DNA of 64,000 bases from an uncultured Trueperaceae bacterium (lineage in GTDB: Bacteria > Deinococcota > Deinococci > Deinococcales > Trueperaceae), in contig CAWCXJ010000013.1 of NCBI GenBank assembly GCA_963799485.1, forward strand, positions 1 to 64,000, written 5' to 3'. The notes under the pieces are model-generated. The model saw only the letters and a program-made list of their open reading frames with translations. It ran no database searches and was not told the DNA's origin. The first letter of the stretch is position 1, and each line of letters starts with the position of its first letter. Shown piece by piece: positions 49,239-59,327 of the stretch. Position numbers and translations under genes: made by a program.

Positions 49239-51857
49239 GTGCCCCGCAAACTCATCTGTCTTGTCCTGCTGAGCGTTCAGCTTGCCTTCGCCGCTCAAGT
49301 CACCTCGCCACGCGTCAAGGTCATCTTTAGCGACCCCGCTAAAACCGCCTACGCCGAACGTGTCGCCGCTGAAGCTGAAAAGGCGCTGGACGTGCTGATT
49401 CCGCTTTTCGGGTTTACGCCGCCGCCCATCACGCTGCGTCTGGAAAACACCACCGACGTGTATAACGCGCTCGCGTCCCCGTTACCCCGCCCCGGCGTCG
49501 GTTTACGGCTGCTGTTTCCGACCGAGGTTTCGCTCGGTTACCGCGCCGGGGACGCGCTGCGGCTCGTGCTGGTTCACGAACTGACGCACCTCATGCAGTT
49601 TTCTTACCTTACCGGGCGCGGCGACGGGCTCCGCTTCGGGCTGGTCGGAGAAAACGTGGCGAACGTACCCCCGGCGTGGCTCGTCGAGGGCTTGGCGGTC
49701 TGGACGGAATCGGCATTTACGACAGGGGGCCGCCGGGACGACGCGCTGACCCGTGGCCTGGTCGAAAGTGCGGTGCTCGCCGGAACCGCGCCGTCTCTGA
49801 CCGAGGCGAGTCTGGGAACCTACGGTGCGTGGCCCGGTGGACAGACCGAATACCTTTTCGGTGTAGGGTTTACGGGCTACTTGATTCAAAAGCACGGGTT
49901 TGGGGCAATCAAAAAGGCGCTGGCATTTCATAATGCGGCGGGGTTTTTACGACCTTTTGCGGGGTCGTGGCGACTTGCAGTCGGTACCGACCTGGAGGCC
50001 GAGTGGGAAGCGTGGCAGCGTGAGGTGCGCCGAAGGGCGGAGGCTCGAGCCGAGCGGGTCGAGAAAGCCGGACGCGCCGGGACGCCCAAGACCGACACCG
50101 GCTGGTACACCCGCGCCCCGGCGCTCAGCCCGGACGGACAACAGCTCGCGTGGGTGGGGTGGCCTGCGGCAATTATGCTGGCAGAGGTTGCCGAGGGCAA
50201 GCTCGAGCGAAAGCGCGTACTTTTAGACAACCGGCTACCGGGGGGGCTCGAGTGGCTGAACCCGCACACCCTTCTCTACGCGCGTCCGGTGCGGCGTCCG
50301 GGGCACACCTACGCTGAGGTGTTTACGCTCGACACGCGCACGGGGCGAGAAACACAACTGACCGAGGGCGCACGGGCGAAGCTGCCTGCGCCGCTGCCGG
50401 GGGGCTGCGTTTTATACGTGACCGATAACGGGACGCGCTCGCGGCTCGAGCAGCTCTGTCCCGACAAACCTGCTTTTACCCGCTGGCGGAGCCAACCGGG
50501 CGTCCACATCGTCGGGTTGGCGACGAGCCGCCGGGGGCAGGTGGCAGTCAGTGTCTGGCAACGGGGTTGGGTCGATGTGGCGCGCCTCAAGGACGGCGCA
50601 CTTCACTACCTCACCCGCGACCCCGCGCAAGACCTCGACCCGAGCTGGCAGGGCGAAAATGTGCTCTTGTTCCGCTCCGACCGGGCCGGGGCGACGTTTG
50701 AACTCTACGCGCTGACGCTCGCGGGCGGTTTGGAACGGTTGAGCCAAACGGTGGGCGGGGCGTTTATGCCCGAGGCGGGCGCAGGTGGGACGTGGTTCGC
50801 TCGTTTGGGCGGGGACGGGTACAACCTCGCCTGGTTGCCGAGCTTGCCGACAGGTGAGGGCTTCAGAGTATCTCTACCCAAAAAACAGCGTCCTCTGAAG
50901 CGCTCGAGCATCCCGGTGCCCGTTTTTCCCGTTACGACTTACTATCCTCTAAACAGCCTCAAACCTTACGGCTGGCTCCCGACGAACGGTGGGGTCGGTT
51001 TGTCACCCCCCGGCGCGTCCCTCGAGCTGTCCGTTATCGCCCAGGACGACAGCCTCGACCACAACCTCCGGACGACGCTCGGTTTCGACTCCGGTTTGAC
51101 CGCCTTGTCCGGGTTTTACGGTTTCGTTCGTTACGACTTCGGCGGCGGCCTGGCACTTCAGGCGACGCCGCCGCCGCTGCGTTACGCCGTGCAGTCCGGC
51201 GCGTGGCCCCTTACGCCGCATCTCGGAACGGTGCGGGAGACCGTCGCCGGAACTAAAGCTTCGGTAAGCGCGCGGCTGCCGCAAGACCGTCTGCTGCTGA
51301 GTTGGGGCCTCGAGGCCGGTCTCGTTCACGTGTTGGGGCAACCTTCCGGCCTGGTTCTCGACGCCCGCGCCGACGCTGCGGTGGCGCGCGGGCAGGCCGA
51401 TACCTGGGGCTACCGTACCGAGGGCTGGCGTGTGTCGGCTACGGGTCTACTCAGCGCGACCGGCGCAGCGCCGTCGCCGGGCGCGTGGGGTGATGGGAGT
51501 TACACCCTGCCGTTGGCGGGATTGGGGCGGCTCGAGTTCGGCGTCCGGGCGGGCTACCGTCCGGCGTGGCCTGTTCCTTTACGAGCCGACGCCGATTTTG
51601 CCGCGCTTCTCAGCGTCGGCGGAGCGCGCAGTTTTCCCCTCAAGCTGCGTTTTGGTGACGGGCTCTACGCGCTGGAAAGAGTTACGCTCGAGCCCCGGCT
51701 TCGCACCTGGCTGGACAGTAGTTCCCTGTATCTGGGCGGCGACCTCACCGTGTCGCTCGATTCGGTTTTGGGGTACGGGGCCCCGGTCAGCCTGAGCGGG
51801 ACGCTGGGGTATACGCGCGGGGTGTGGACGCGGTTTGCGGTGCGCTTGCCGCTTTAG
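49239..51857 (+). CDS. Exported multidomain protein: HExxH peptidase-like domain, TolB-like propeller, probable C-terminal beta-barrel
   Basis: Signal peptide, LVHELTH and WLVEGLA, PALSPDG / DPSW repeats, alternating beta-strand C-terminus; start GTG 49239. Confidence 0.7.
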   Translation: MPRKLICLVLLSVQLAFAAQVTSPRVKVIFSDPAKTAYAERVAAEAEKALDVLIPLFGFTPPPITLRLENTTDVYNALASPLPRPGVGLRLLFPTEVSLGYRAGDALRLVLVHELTHLMQFSYLTGRGDGLRFGLVGENVANVPPAWLVEGLAVWTESAFTTGGRRDDALTRGLVESAVLAGTAPSLTEASLGTYGAWPGGQTEYLFGVGFTGYLIQKHGFGAIKKALAFHNAAGFLRPFAGSWRLAVGTDLEAEWEAWQREVRRRAEARAERVEKAGRAGTPKTDTGWYTRAPALSPDGQQLAWVGWPAAIMLAEVAEGKLERKRVLLDNRLPGGLEWLNPHTLLYARPVRRPGHTYAEVFTLDTRTGRETQLTEGARAKLPAPLPGGCVLYVTDNGTRSRLEQLCPDKPAFTRWRSQPGVHIVGLATSRRGQVAVSVWQRGWVDVARLKDGALHYLTRDPAQDLDPSWQGENVLLFRSDRAGATFELYALTLAGGLERLSQTVGGAFMPEAGAGGTWFARLGGDGYNLAWLPSLPTGEGFRVSLPKKQRPLKRSSIPVPVFPVTTYYPLNSLKPYGWLPTNGGVGLSPPGASLELSVIAQDDSLDHNLRTTLGFDSGLTALSGFYGFVRYDFGGGLALQATPPPLRYAVQSGAWPLTPHLGTVRETVAGTKASVSARLPQDRLLLSWGLEAGLVHVLGQPSGLVLDARADAAVARGQADTWGYRTEGWRVSATGLLSATGAAPSPGAWGDGSYTLPLAGLGRLEFGVRAGYRPAWPVPLRADADFAALLSVGGARSFPLKLRFGDGLYALERVTLEPRLRTWLDSSSLYLGGDLTVSLDSVLGYGAPVSLSGTLGYTRGVWTRFAVRLPL

Positions 51858-51982
51858 GAAGAGAGTAACCAGCAACGAGCAATGAAGAAGTCAAAACCTC
51901 GCTGCTCGGTACCCACTGCTTTCCCGCCTTACCTCCTATTTACAACGCGCCGCGCTGCGTTACGATGCGTTTGGAGGTTTCC

Positions 51983-53152
51983 GTGAAACTAAAATACGCC
52001 TCGGTAGCCCTTGCGCTGGCCTTTCTCTTTACCTTGCTTGTCGCCTGCAGCAGCCCGACTACAACGCTGCCCGGTGAACCGGACACTCCGGCTTTGCCCG
52101 ATCTGCCTGCGGGTCAGTGGAAGACTTTTTCGCCGGGCGGTGACACGGTTTGCGCCGACGGTTCGCCCTACGCCTACTTTGTCCGGCCCGGTACGGTCAA
52201 CAAACTCGTGGTGGACTTTCAAGGAGGCGGTGCGTGCTGGAATGGTGGTACCTGCGGTAGTCCTGTATATCAACCTAATGTTGTCGGTGCACCGGGCACG
52301 GCAAACTCGCAAGAAGAAGTAGGCCTTTACGACCACACCGACGCGCGAAACCCGGTCAAAGACTGGTATCACGTATATATCACCTACTGCACCGCCGATA
52401 TTCATCTAGGTGACAGCGTAGAAACCTACCAAACGTCTTCAGGCCCGAAAACGATCAATCACAACGGTCAAAAAAATGTGGACGCGGTTCTAGACTGGGT
52501 TGAAAAAAACTTTGAAGCACCGGAAGCTATCTTGGTTACGGGTTGCAGTGCCGGGGCCTACGGCGCGGCGCTCTACACACCGCGAATCGCTAAAGCTTAC
52601 CCGGACGCCGACGTGACCGAACTCGGTGACAGCGGCGCGGGCGTCATTCCGGAATCGTTTGTCACCGGCGAAGACGGCCTCAACCGCTGGAACATCGGCG
52701 CGGCACTGCCGGACGAGATTGACCTTACCGGCGGGGTGCCCGCAACATTTTTAGCCGACGCCTACGTCGCTATCGGCGACGCGTACCCGGAGGTGACGCT
52801 GGCGCAGTACAACAGCGCATTTGACGGCACTCAGATTTTCTTTTACGGTTTGCAACTCGGGGTTGACCTCACTGACCCGACCGCCCAACAAGCTGCAGCA
52901 CAGGCGTGGGCTGCAGGACTAAACACCTCGCTAACCAAGATTCAGACGGGTTTGCCGGGGCAGTTCTCGAGCTACACCTCAGCCTTTGACGACGATCCCA
53001 ATACACCAGGTACGGCGCACTGCATCATCACTCGCCCTGAGTTCTATACCTTGACGACGAGCGGCGTCTTGTTTACAGATTGGCTGGACGGTCTACTCAA
53101 CGACGCTCCGCCCGCCCCGGTTGTGCCGGACAACATTCCTACGCCGAGCTAG
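51983..53152 (+). CDS. Pectin acetylesterase-family lipoprotein
   Basis: Lipobox LVAC; CADGS, FQGGGACW, YCTAD, GCSAG, DSG, terminal HC; GGAGG before GTG 51983. Confidence 0.82.
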   Translation: MKLKYASVALALAFLFTLLVACSSPTTTLPGEPDTPALPDLPAGQWKTFSPGGDTVCADGSPYAYFVRPGTVNKLVVDFQGGGACWNGGTCGSPVYQPNVVGAPGTANSQEEVGLYDHTDARNPVKDWYHVYITYCTADIHLGDSVETYQTSSGPKTINHNGQKNVDAVLDWVEKNFEAPEAILVTGCSAGAYGAALYTPRIAKAYPDADVTELGDSGAGVIPESFVTGEDGLNRWNIGAALPDEIDLTGGVPATFLADAYVAIGDAYPEVTLAQYNSAFDGTQIFFYGLQLGVDLTDPTAQQAAAQAWAAGLNTSLTKIQTGLPGQFSSYTSAFDDDPNTPGTAHCIITRPEFYTLTTSGVLFTDWLDGLLNDAPPAPVVPDNIPTPS

Positions 53153-53865
53153 CCGGTCTCTTCGGCAGAATCCGGCAAGGTCGGCTCGAGGTCGGTCAGC
53201 CACAGCACCTCGCCCTGCGCGCGAATAGCTCTAGCCGGGGTCTGGTCGTAATTCGGTGAATCTTCGGGAGCGAGGGTGCGCTCCAAAGCCGCCCTTTTTC
53301 CCTCGCCCTGAACCAAAAACGCGACCGTGCGGCTCCGGCTGAGGGTATTTGCCGTCATGCTCAGCCGCGTCTCTTTACCGGGCGGTTTGACGACCGTCGT
53401 CAAACCTTCATCGAAAACCGCGCCGGTTCCGGGAAACAGGCTCGCGGTGTGCGCGTCGTCGCCCAAGCCTAAAAAAGTCAGGTCGAACGGGGCAGTGTTG
53501 AGAAACTCTTGAAGTGTATCACCTAATTCCATCGCGGCAGCTTCGGGGTCGTCCTCTACGTAAGGCCACGGGTGAATATTCTCTGCTGGTACGGGTACAC
53601 GGTCTATCAGGGATTTCTTAGCCGCGCCGTAATTACTTTCGGCGTGGTCGTGCGGCACAAACCGTTCATCGCCCCAAAAGATGTGAGTATCTTTCCAAAA
53701 CGCAGCATCGGCGTGTTCGGCGGCGAGCTGCTCATACATCTTGAGCGGCGTCGAACCGCCTGAGAGGACGACCACAAAGCGCCCGTTTGCGGCGACGCTC
53801 GCCTCGGCCTGTTCGACAAACAGCGTTCCGGCAGCCTGCGCGACATCTTTAACGTAGGTCATCAT
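53149..53865 (-). CDS. pgl: 6-phosphogluconolactonase
   Basis: LSGGSTP, FWGDERFVP..SNY, LGLGDDAHTASLFPG motifs. Confidence 0.93.
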   Translation of the reverse strand: MMTYVKDVAQAAGTLFVEQAEASVAANGRFVVVLSGGSTPLKMYEQLAAEHADAAFWKDTHIFWGDERFVPHDHAESNYGAAKKSLIDRVPVPAENIHPWPYVEDDPEAAAMELGDTLQEFLNTAPFDLTFLGLGDDAHTASLFPGTGAVFDEGLTTVVKPPGKETRLSMTANTLSRSRTVAFLVQGEGKRAALERTLAPEDSPNYDQTPARAIRAQGEVLWLTDLEPTLPDSAEETG

Positions 53866-54025
53866 CGACTCCTCTCGCCCGGTCGGCTTTGGGCCGACCG
53901 TAAGCTTCGTCTTAGAGCATAAGGGTTAGCGCGCCAAACCTCGAGAAAACACCGTTTCGGTATCCCGGCTTAGAACCTCGTATGTGCTTTTCGCGCAGCC
54001 CGGCGCGGCTTGTTAAACTGTCCAG

Positions 54026-54625
54026 ATGATTTCACGGGAAACCCTAACACGCGAAGATACGCTTGCGCTTATGGAAAGCTGGACAGAATCGGAAAGTTTG
54101 CGTAAACACATGCTCGCCGTCGAGTCGGCGACTGCCGCCTACGCCCGCAAACTCGGCGCTGACGAAACCATGTGGCGCGTCGCAGCACTTTTGCACGACT
54201 TCGATTATGAGCGCTACCCGACACCGGACGAAGCCGGGCATCCTTACGTGGGCGTAAGTTACTTGCGTGAGCAAGGTTATCCGGAAGAGGTGCTAGACGC
54301 CATCATGGGCCACGCCGACTATACCGGCGTCCCCCGTAAAACGCCGCTTGCCCGGGCGCTCTACGCCTGCGACGAGCTGACCGGCCTGATTACGGCGGCG
54401 ACGCTCGTGCGGCCCGACAAAGATGTGCGCAGCGTCGAGCTTAGAAGCCTCAAAAAGAAGTTTAAGGACAAGGCGTTTGCGCGGGGCGTCAACCGTGAAG
54501 ATGTGATGCGCGGAGCCGATGAGCTGGGTGTAGAGCTGTGGGAACATGTGGCGTTTGTACTCTCAGCGGTGCAAGCGGACGCCGTAAAACTCGGTTTGGA
54601 CGGCTCTTTAGCGGTGCAAAAGTAG
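54026..54625 (+). CDS. HDIG-type HD-domain metalloprotein
   Basis: KHMLAVE, LLHDFDYE, DELTGL, KKKFKDKAFARGVNR motifs. Confidence 0.88.
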   Translation: MISRETLTREDTLALMESWTESESLRKHMLAVESATAAYARKLGADETMWRVAALLHDFDYERYPTPDEAGHPYVGVSYLREQGYPEEVLDAIMGHADYTGVPRKTPLARALYACDELTGLITAATLVRPDKDVRSVELRSLKKKFKDKAFARGVNREDVMRGADELGVELWEHVAFVLSAVQADAVKLGLDGSLAVQK

Positions 54626-54668
54626 GCGGTGGCTGAAAGGGTTAAGTCGGCGTGTAAGCTCTGAAAAA

Positions 54669-54692
54669 GGCTCGAGCGGTGGGGCTCGAGCC
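54669..54692. terminator. Hairpin between convergent genes built from two CTCGAG words
   Basis: GGCTCGAGC-GGTGGG-GCTCGAGCC, preceded by an A-run on + (U-tail for the minus-strand lepB transcript). Confidence 0.55.
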
Positions 54693-54705
54693 GCTACCGT
54701 AAAGT

Positions 54706-55623
54706 CTAGTTTGCCGCCTGCTCCGTCTCCGGCACCGCTTCAAACGCGGCGGGCGGATTTAACAAACGCCAGTTCCACTCCCCGTCCCGGCGTGGCGGCC
54801 AGATGACGGCGGTCGCTTGCCCGGCAATCGACAAACTCGTGACCGGGCCGAAATAACGCGAATCTTCGCTGCCGCCCTTGCTCGACTCGCGGTTGTCGCC
54901 CATCAAAAAGTAGCGCCCTTCGGGGATAATCAGTTCGTGTAAAAAGGGCGTTCCACTAGGCGCATCCGCCGGAATCGGGGCGAGCGCGGCAATAGTGCTG
55001 CCGTAGTAGAGCTGCATTTCTTCGCTGCCGATGGGTGCAGGCCCGCCGTTGTTGGGGTCGTAAGTGCCGAAAATCAAGCCTTGAAAGCCGGTCACTTTGC
55101 CGTCTTGCGCGGTAACGACCGGGTAATTGATGGGGTCGGGGGTAATTTCGCCGGAGTCCGCGATAAAGCCCTGGTCGATGGCGACGCCGTTGACGTAAAC
55201 CTGACCGTCTTGAATATAAAAGCGGTCGCCGGGACGGGCAATCACGCGTTTGATAAAAAACGACGGCCTGCCGCCACCCTCTTGCAGGGTCGGTGAGTTG
55301 GCGGGTTCGCGCACGACCACGATGTCGCCGCGTTCGTATTCGCCCAGCACCCCTGCGCGCCGGAGCCAGGTGTCGAATTTGGGGATAAACACGCGGTCGC
55401 CGGTGAAGAGTGCCTGCGGCAACTGCCCGCTACCGCCGTTTAAGTTGGGCCGCATCGACGAGCCGACCACGCCGACTGTCGTAAAGACGAAAGTCACGAT
55501 GAGGTAGGCGACGATTAGAGCTTCAGCGTAGCCTCTTACTTCGTGCCAGAAGCGCTCTGAACCGGATTTCGGGGGGTCTTTTTTGGAAGCGTCTTTCCGC
55601 GTATCGCGGGTGTTCGATGTCAT
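54706..55623 (-). CDS. lepB: Signal peptidase I
   Basis: GSSMRP, FIKRVIA, MGDNR, SEDSRYFG motifs. Confidence 0.93.
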   Translation of the reverse strand: MTSNTRDTRKDASKKDPPKSGSERFWHEVRGYAEALIVAYLIVTFVFTTVGVVGSSMRPNLNGGSGQLPQALFTGDRVFIPKFDTWLRRAGVLGEYERGDIVVVREPANSPTLQEGGGRPSFFIKRVIARPGDRFYIQDGQVYVNGVAIDQGFIADSGEITPDPINYPVVTAQDGKVTGFQGLIFGTYDPNNGGPAPIGSEEMQLYYGSTIAALAPIPADAPSGTPFLHELIIPEGRYFLMGDNRESSKGGSEDSRYFGPVTSLSIAGQATAVIWPPRRDGEWNWRLLNPPAAFEAVPETEQAAN

Positions 55624-55716
55624 AAAAGCAGTCTACTCCCAAGACGCGGCCTTAGGCGCAAATTATGGCCTTTAACCCTTTATCCGGTCGCTGAGTTTCG
55701 GTTGCCGGGTTCTGGG

Positions 55717-56004
55717 TCAGATAATCCCGAGTGCGCCCGGAACCTGCAAAACCACGATAACGCCGCCAAGTAACGCGACAAGGCTAAAGCGAGCGTCGAT
55801 TTTTCGGTCGAGTTTGTCGAACTTCACGTCTGTTTGCTGGATGAAGGTATCGAACCTCGCGCCCATTTTTTGCTCGAGCTTGTCGAGTTTGGTATCAGCC
55901 AACCTGATTTCGGCACGCAAATCGTTAAAACCGTTTTCTAAGTGGGCCTCGAGCGTACTCAGCCGCTTGTCAATCTGCTCGTAAGACCCCTCAAGTCGCG
56001 CCAT
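55717..56004 (-). CDS. Small coiled-coil protein with C-terminal TM helix (DUF1640-like)
   Basis: MARLEG..EQIDKRL, repeated DxKFD/DARF, hydrophobic C-terminus. Confidence 0.6.
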   Translation of the reverse strand: MARLEGSYEQIDKRLSTLEAHLENGFNDLRAEIRLADTKLDKLEQKMGARFDTFIQQTDVKFDKLDRKIDARFSLVALLGGVIVVLQVPGALGII

Positions 56005-56120
56005 TCTGACTTCAAGGGGGATTGGTAGGTTCAGCGAGCATTAAAGGCGTGGTGACAGACTTTCGGGCCCGGTGCAACACACCTGGTCGCTACAACCAAA
56101 ACCGAAGTTTTGCCGGAAAG

Positions 56121-57113
56121 TTACTTGGCCTTACTCTTCTGCTCTAAAGCCGGAGCTTTTTTGATTTGTTCGGTCTGTGCGGACAACCGTTTGAAGGCGG
56201 CCTTGTCGGATTTGCCGGTCGTAAGGGCGCGGACGGGCTCAGGTGTTTGGGCTTCTTCAAGCGCACTTTGCGGCAACAGCCCCGCCTCGACAAAAACGTG
56301 CAGCGCACTCCACTCGCCGATGGCGACGATCTCTTCAAACGCCCAGAACGCCTCGATGTTCAGGTGCGGCATCGAGTACTGCACGCGCAGGTCGGCGGGG
56401 TGCAGGTTGTACTGGAGTTCGGTCAGGATGCTGCCGGTAATGTCGGTCGCGCGGAGCATCATCTGCGCCATGGGGTTGCGGCGCTCGAGCCGAAACCGAC
56501 TCACCACCCGCTCCCACCAACCACCCTCTTCGGACGTTCCGGCGAGAGACGCCCGCCGCGCCATCGTCGCGTCGCCGGCGATGGTAAAGTCGGCGTGCAA
56601 GAAGGCGGCGGCGTTGACGGGGATGTTATTCACGATACCGCCGTCGGCCAAGGTGCGCCCGTTAAAGACCACGGGTTCAAACGCGCCGGGAAAACAGCTC
56701 GAGGCCCGAATCGCCGTAATCAGGTCGCCGCGAAAGATAAACACCTCTTCGCCGGTCTCGACGTCGGTGGTTGAAATGACCAGCGGTTTCTTGAGTTCAT
56801 CGAAGGTCGCGGGCAAATGCGAGGCTAAAAACGTGTGGAGCTTTACGCCCTTAAAAAGCCCGTTGCCGAATGAAAAATCGATGATGTCGCGCCACGAGAC
56901 GCTCTTGGCAATCTCGTAAATCTCTTCGGCGCTGTAACCGTTCGCGTAAAACGCACCCAAAACCGCGCCCATCGAGGTGCCGGCAATCACGTCGGCTTGG
57001 GTTCCGGCTTTTTCCAGCACCCGCAAGAGGCCGATATGAGCAAAACCCCGCGCCGCGCCACCACTTAAGATCAGTCCGACGCGTTTGGGTTGTCCCGGGG
57101 TCTCAACGTCCAC
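56121..57113 (-). CDS. Patatin-like phospholipase
   Basis: SGGAARG, GTSMG, DGG motifs. Confidence 0.9.
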   Translation of the reverse strand: MDVETPGQPKRVGLILSGGAARGFAHIGLLRVLEKAGTQADVIAGTSMGAVLGAFYANGYSAEEIYEIAKSVSWRDIIDFSFGNGLFKGVKLHTFLASHLPATFDELKKPLVISTTDVETGEEVFIFRGDLITAIRASSCFPGAFEPVVFNGRTLADGGIVNNIPVNAAAFLHADFTIAGDATMARRASLAGTSEEGGWWERVVSRFRLERRNPMAQMMLRATDITGSILTELQYNLHPADLRVQYSMPHLNIEAFWAFEEIVAIGEWSALHVFVEAGLLPQSALEEAQTPEPVRALTTGKSDKAAFKRLSAQTEQIKKAPALEQKSKAK

Positions 57114-57176
57114 ACGTCAGCTTAACAGGTTCGCCAAAAACGGCCCGTCAGCTGTTACGCGCCGTAAACTGGCCTT

Positions 57177-57758
57177 ATGCTGCACGTCACGCCGCAAAAC
57201 GTACCGGAAACGGTACCGGAGACCCTCGAGACACCCCGGCTGCTGCTCCGCGCCCCGCGCCCGGACGACGCGCCGGAACTTTACGCCGCCGTCTGCGATT
57301 CGCTTCCGGAACTGAGCCTCTACATGAGCTGGGCGACGCCCGAGTATTCACTTTCTGCCGCTCGAGCGAACACCGAGGCCGCTATCGCCGCGTTTACGGT
57401 GCGGGAAGGTTTGCGCTACCACTTTTTCGACCGGATGACGGGCGCGTTCGTCGGCAACGCTTCGTTTCATCATATCGATTGGTCGGTACCGAAGCTCGAG
57501 CTGGGTTACTGGTTGCATTCGGCCTACACGGGAAAAGGCTTGATGCGCGAGGCGGTCTCGGCGCTCTGCGACATGGCGGAGCAGGAGCTGGGCGCGGTGC
57601 GCCTCGAGATTCGCTGCGACAGCCGCAACCTCAAAAGCGCCCGCGTCGCCGAGGCGTGTGGGTTCGGGCTCGCGGGGATACGGCGTGAGACTCGAGACCC
57701 GCTGGGAAATCTGCGCGATACGCGTCTCTACGCTCGTACTTCCCGCCGTAAAAAGTAA
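57177..57758 (+). CDS. RimJ/RimL-type GNAT acetyltransferase
   Basis: LETPRLLLR, ELGYWL..YTGKG, NLKSARVAEACGF motifs. Confidence 0.9.
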   Translation: MLHVTPQNVPETVPETLETPRLLLRAPRPDDAPELYAAVCDSLPELSLYMSWATPEYSLSAARANTEAAIAAFTVREGLRYHFFDRMTGAFVGNASFHHIDWSVPKLELGYWLHSAYTGKGLMREAVSALCDMAEQELGAVRLEIRCDSRNLKSARVAEACGFGLAGIRRETRDPLGNLRDTRLYARTSRRKK

Positions 57759-57798
57759 AAAGGGCGCGAAAGCGCCCTCAACCGGTACTTTATTCGGT

Positions 57799-59115
57799 TC
57801 AGTTTTGCTGCTGATTCTGCCCGTTCTGCTGCGGTACCTGTGCGAGTGTTACCTCGACCTGCTGCTCCTGTCCGTCACGAACGATGGTCAGTGTGACAGT
57901 GTCCCCGGCACCCCGACTCAGGATGGCGTTTTGCAGCTCGCCGGTGGTCGTAACGGGCTCGCCGTTAACCGCCGTAATCACGTCGCCGCCGATGGGCACG
58001 GGCTGACCTTGAAACGCGACCGTGAGTTCGGGGTTAGCGCCCTGAAGCCCGGCTTCTTCCGCCGCACTCCCCGGCTGCACACTCTGAACGATGACGCCCT
58101 GGTCGGGGAGGTTGAAGTTTTGCCGGATGCTCTCCGGGTAGTTTGAAACGCTCGAGATTTCGATACCTAGACGCGCGCGGTTCTCGAGGCTGACGAAGCC
58201 GCCTTGCTCGAGCTGGGCGAGGCTACTCTGCAGCAGGTTGCTCGGTACCGCAAAGCCGATGCCGATGTTGCCTACATTGCCGCCGAAACCGCCGCCACCA
58301 GCAAGGATTTGCGTGTTGATGCCGATCACTTCACCGCTCGAGTTTAAGAGCGGGCCGCCCGAGTTGCCGGGGTTGATGGCGGCGTCGGTCTGGACATACG
58401 GTACTTCGACCCGTCCGATGCTGGGCGCAAAACGGCTTACCGCCGAGACAATCCCTGCCGAAACGGTGCTGTCGAGGCCGAACGGGTTGCCGATAGCGAT
58501 GGCCTTTTCGCCGACCTGGATGTTGTCCGAGTTGGCGATGGGAATCGCCTGGACGCCTGCGGGTAGATCGCCCGGGTTTTGCAGTTCGATCAGCGCGAGG
58601 TCGTAAAGCGTGTTGACGCCGACGACGTTGACCGGCAGCTCGGTTTCACTGCCGGGGAAGATAACGCTGATGCTCGAGCCCTCTGTGTACTCGACCGAGT
58701 TGTCTTGCAACGTGTCGGCGACCACGTGATAGTTCGTAATCATCCGTCCGGCGTCGTCGATAACAAAGCCGCTGCCTGCGCCCTGTTGCGGCGGCAACTG
58801 TTGCTGCTGCCCGTCGGGGGTTTGCGGATTCAAAAAGTCTCGAAATTGCGGCGGAATCTGGTCTAGAAAATCCTGGAGTCCTTCAGGTGTTTGCCCGTTC
58901 GCTTGAACCTGCGCGGTGACGTTGACCGACACGACGCTCGGCCCATACCGGTTTACCACGTCTATCGTGTTCTGCTCATACTCGGTCAGCGCAGCAGCTT
59001 GAGCGGCAACACCCCCGGAGGCCGTTTGAGCGCTCGTTAAACCGCCCAAACCCAGCGCGCCGACACCTAAAAGGCCGCTCACACCAGCGACCCGTGCTAA
59101 TTGTCCTACTTTCAT
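57799..59115 (-). CDS. htrA: HtrA/DegP-family serine protease with PDZ domain
   Basis: GSGF, TNYHVV, DLAL, IGNPFG, QTDAAINPGNSGGPL; start ATG 59115 behind AAAGGAG. Confidence 0.93.
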   Translation of the reverse strand: MKVGQLARVAGVSGLLGVGALGLGGLTSAQTASGGVAAQAAALTEYEQNTIDVVNRYGPSVVSVNVTAQVQANGQTPEGLQDFLDQIPPQFRDFLNPQTPDGQQQQLPPQQGAGSGFVIDDAGRMITNYHVVADTLQDNSVEYTEGSSISVIFPGSETELPVNVVGVNTLYDLALIELQNPGDLPAGVQAIPIANSDNIQVGEKAIAIGNPFGLDSTVSAGIVSAVSRFAPSIGRVEVPYVQTDAAINPGNSGGPLLNSSGEVIGINTQILAGGGGFGGNVGNIGIGFAVPSNLLQSSLAQLEQGGFVSLENRARLGIEISSVSNYPESIRQNFNLPDQGVIVQSVQPGSAAEEAGLQGANPELTVAFQGQPVPIGGDVITAVNGEPVTTTGELQNAILSRGAGDTVTLTIVRDGQEQQVEVTLAQVPQQNGQNQQQN

Positions 59116-59327
59116 GTACACTCCTTTTTTTGGGCTTGTAAACCTTACAGGTATAACCCTCATTTAACCGTACCCAGCCCCTATGAGTCTGACCCTTCTC
59201 ATGTATGAACTCTGTGAGGCAGGACAAACTCGGGTTCTAAAGAGACTTTAACACTGTTCTCAGCAGACGCTAACATAGATGCGACCAGACCTCTAAAGCT
59301 GAGCCGACCTCGTGATAGGGTGCGGCG

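Noticed and set aside
53880..53900. Perfect 8-bp hairpin CGGTCGGC/GCCGACCG in the pgl leader as a riboswitch or REP element
   Set aside because: Single small stem with no second copy seen and no aptamer features.
56110..56919. 269-aa plus-strand ORF
   Set aside because: Antisense shadow of the patatin gene.
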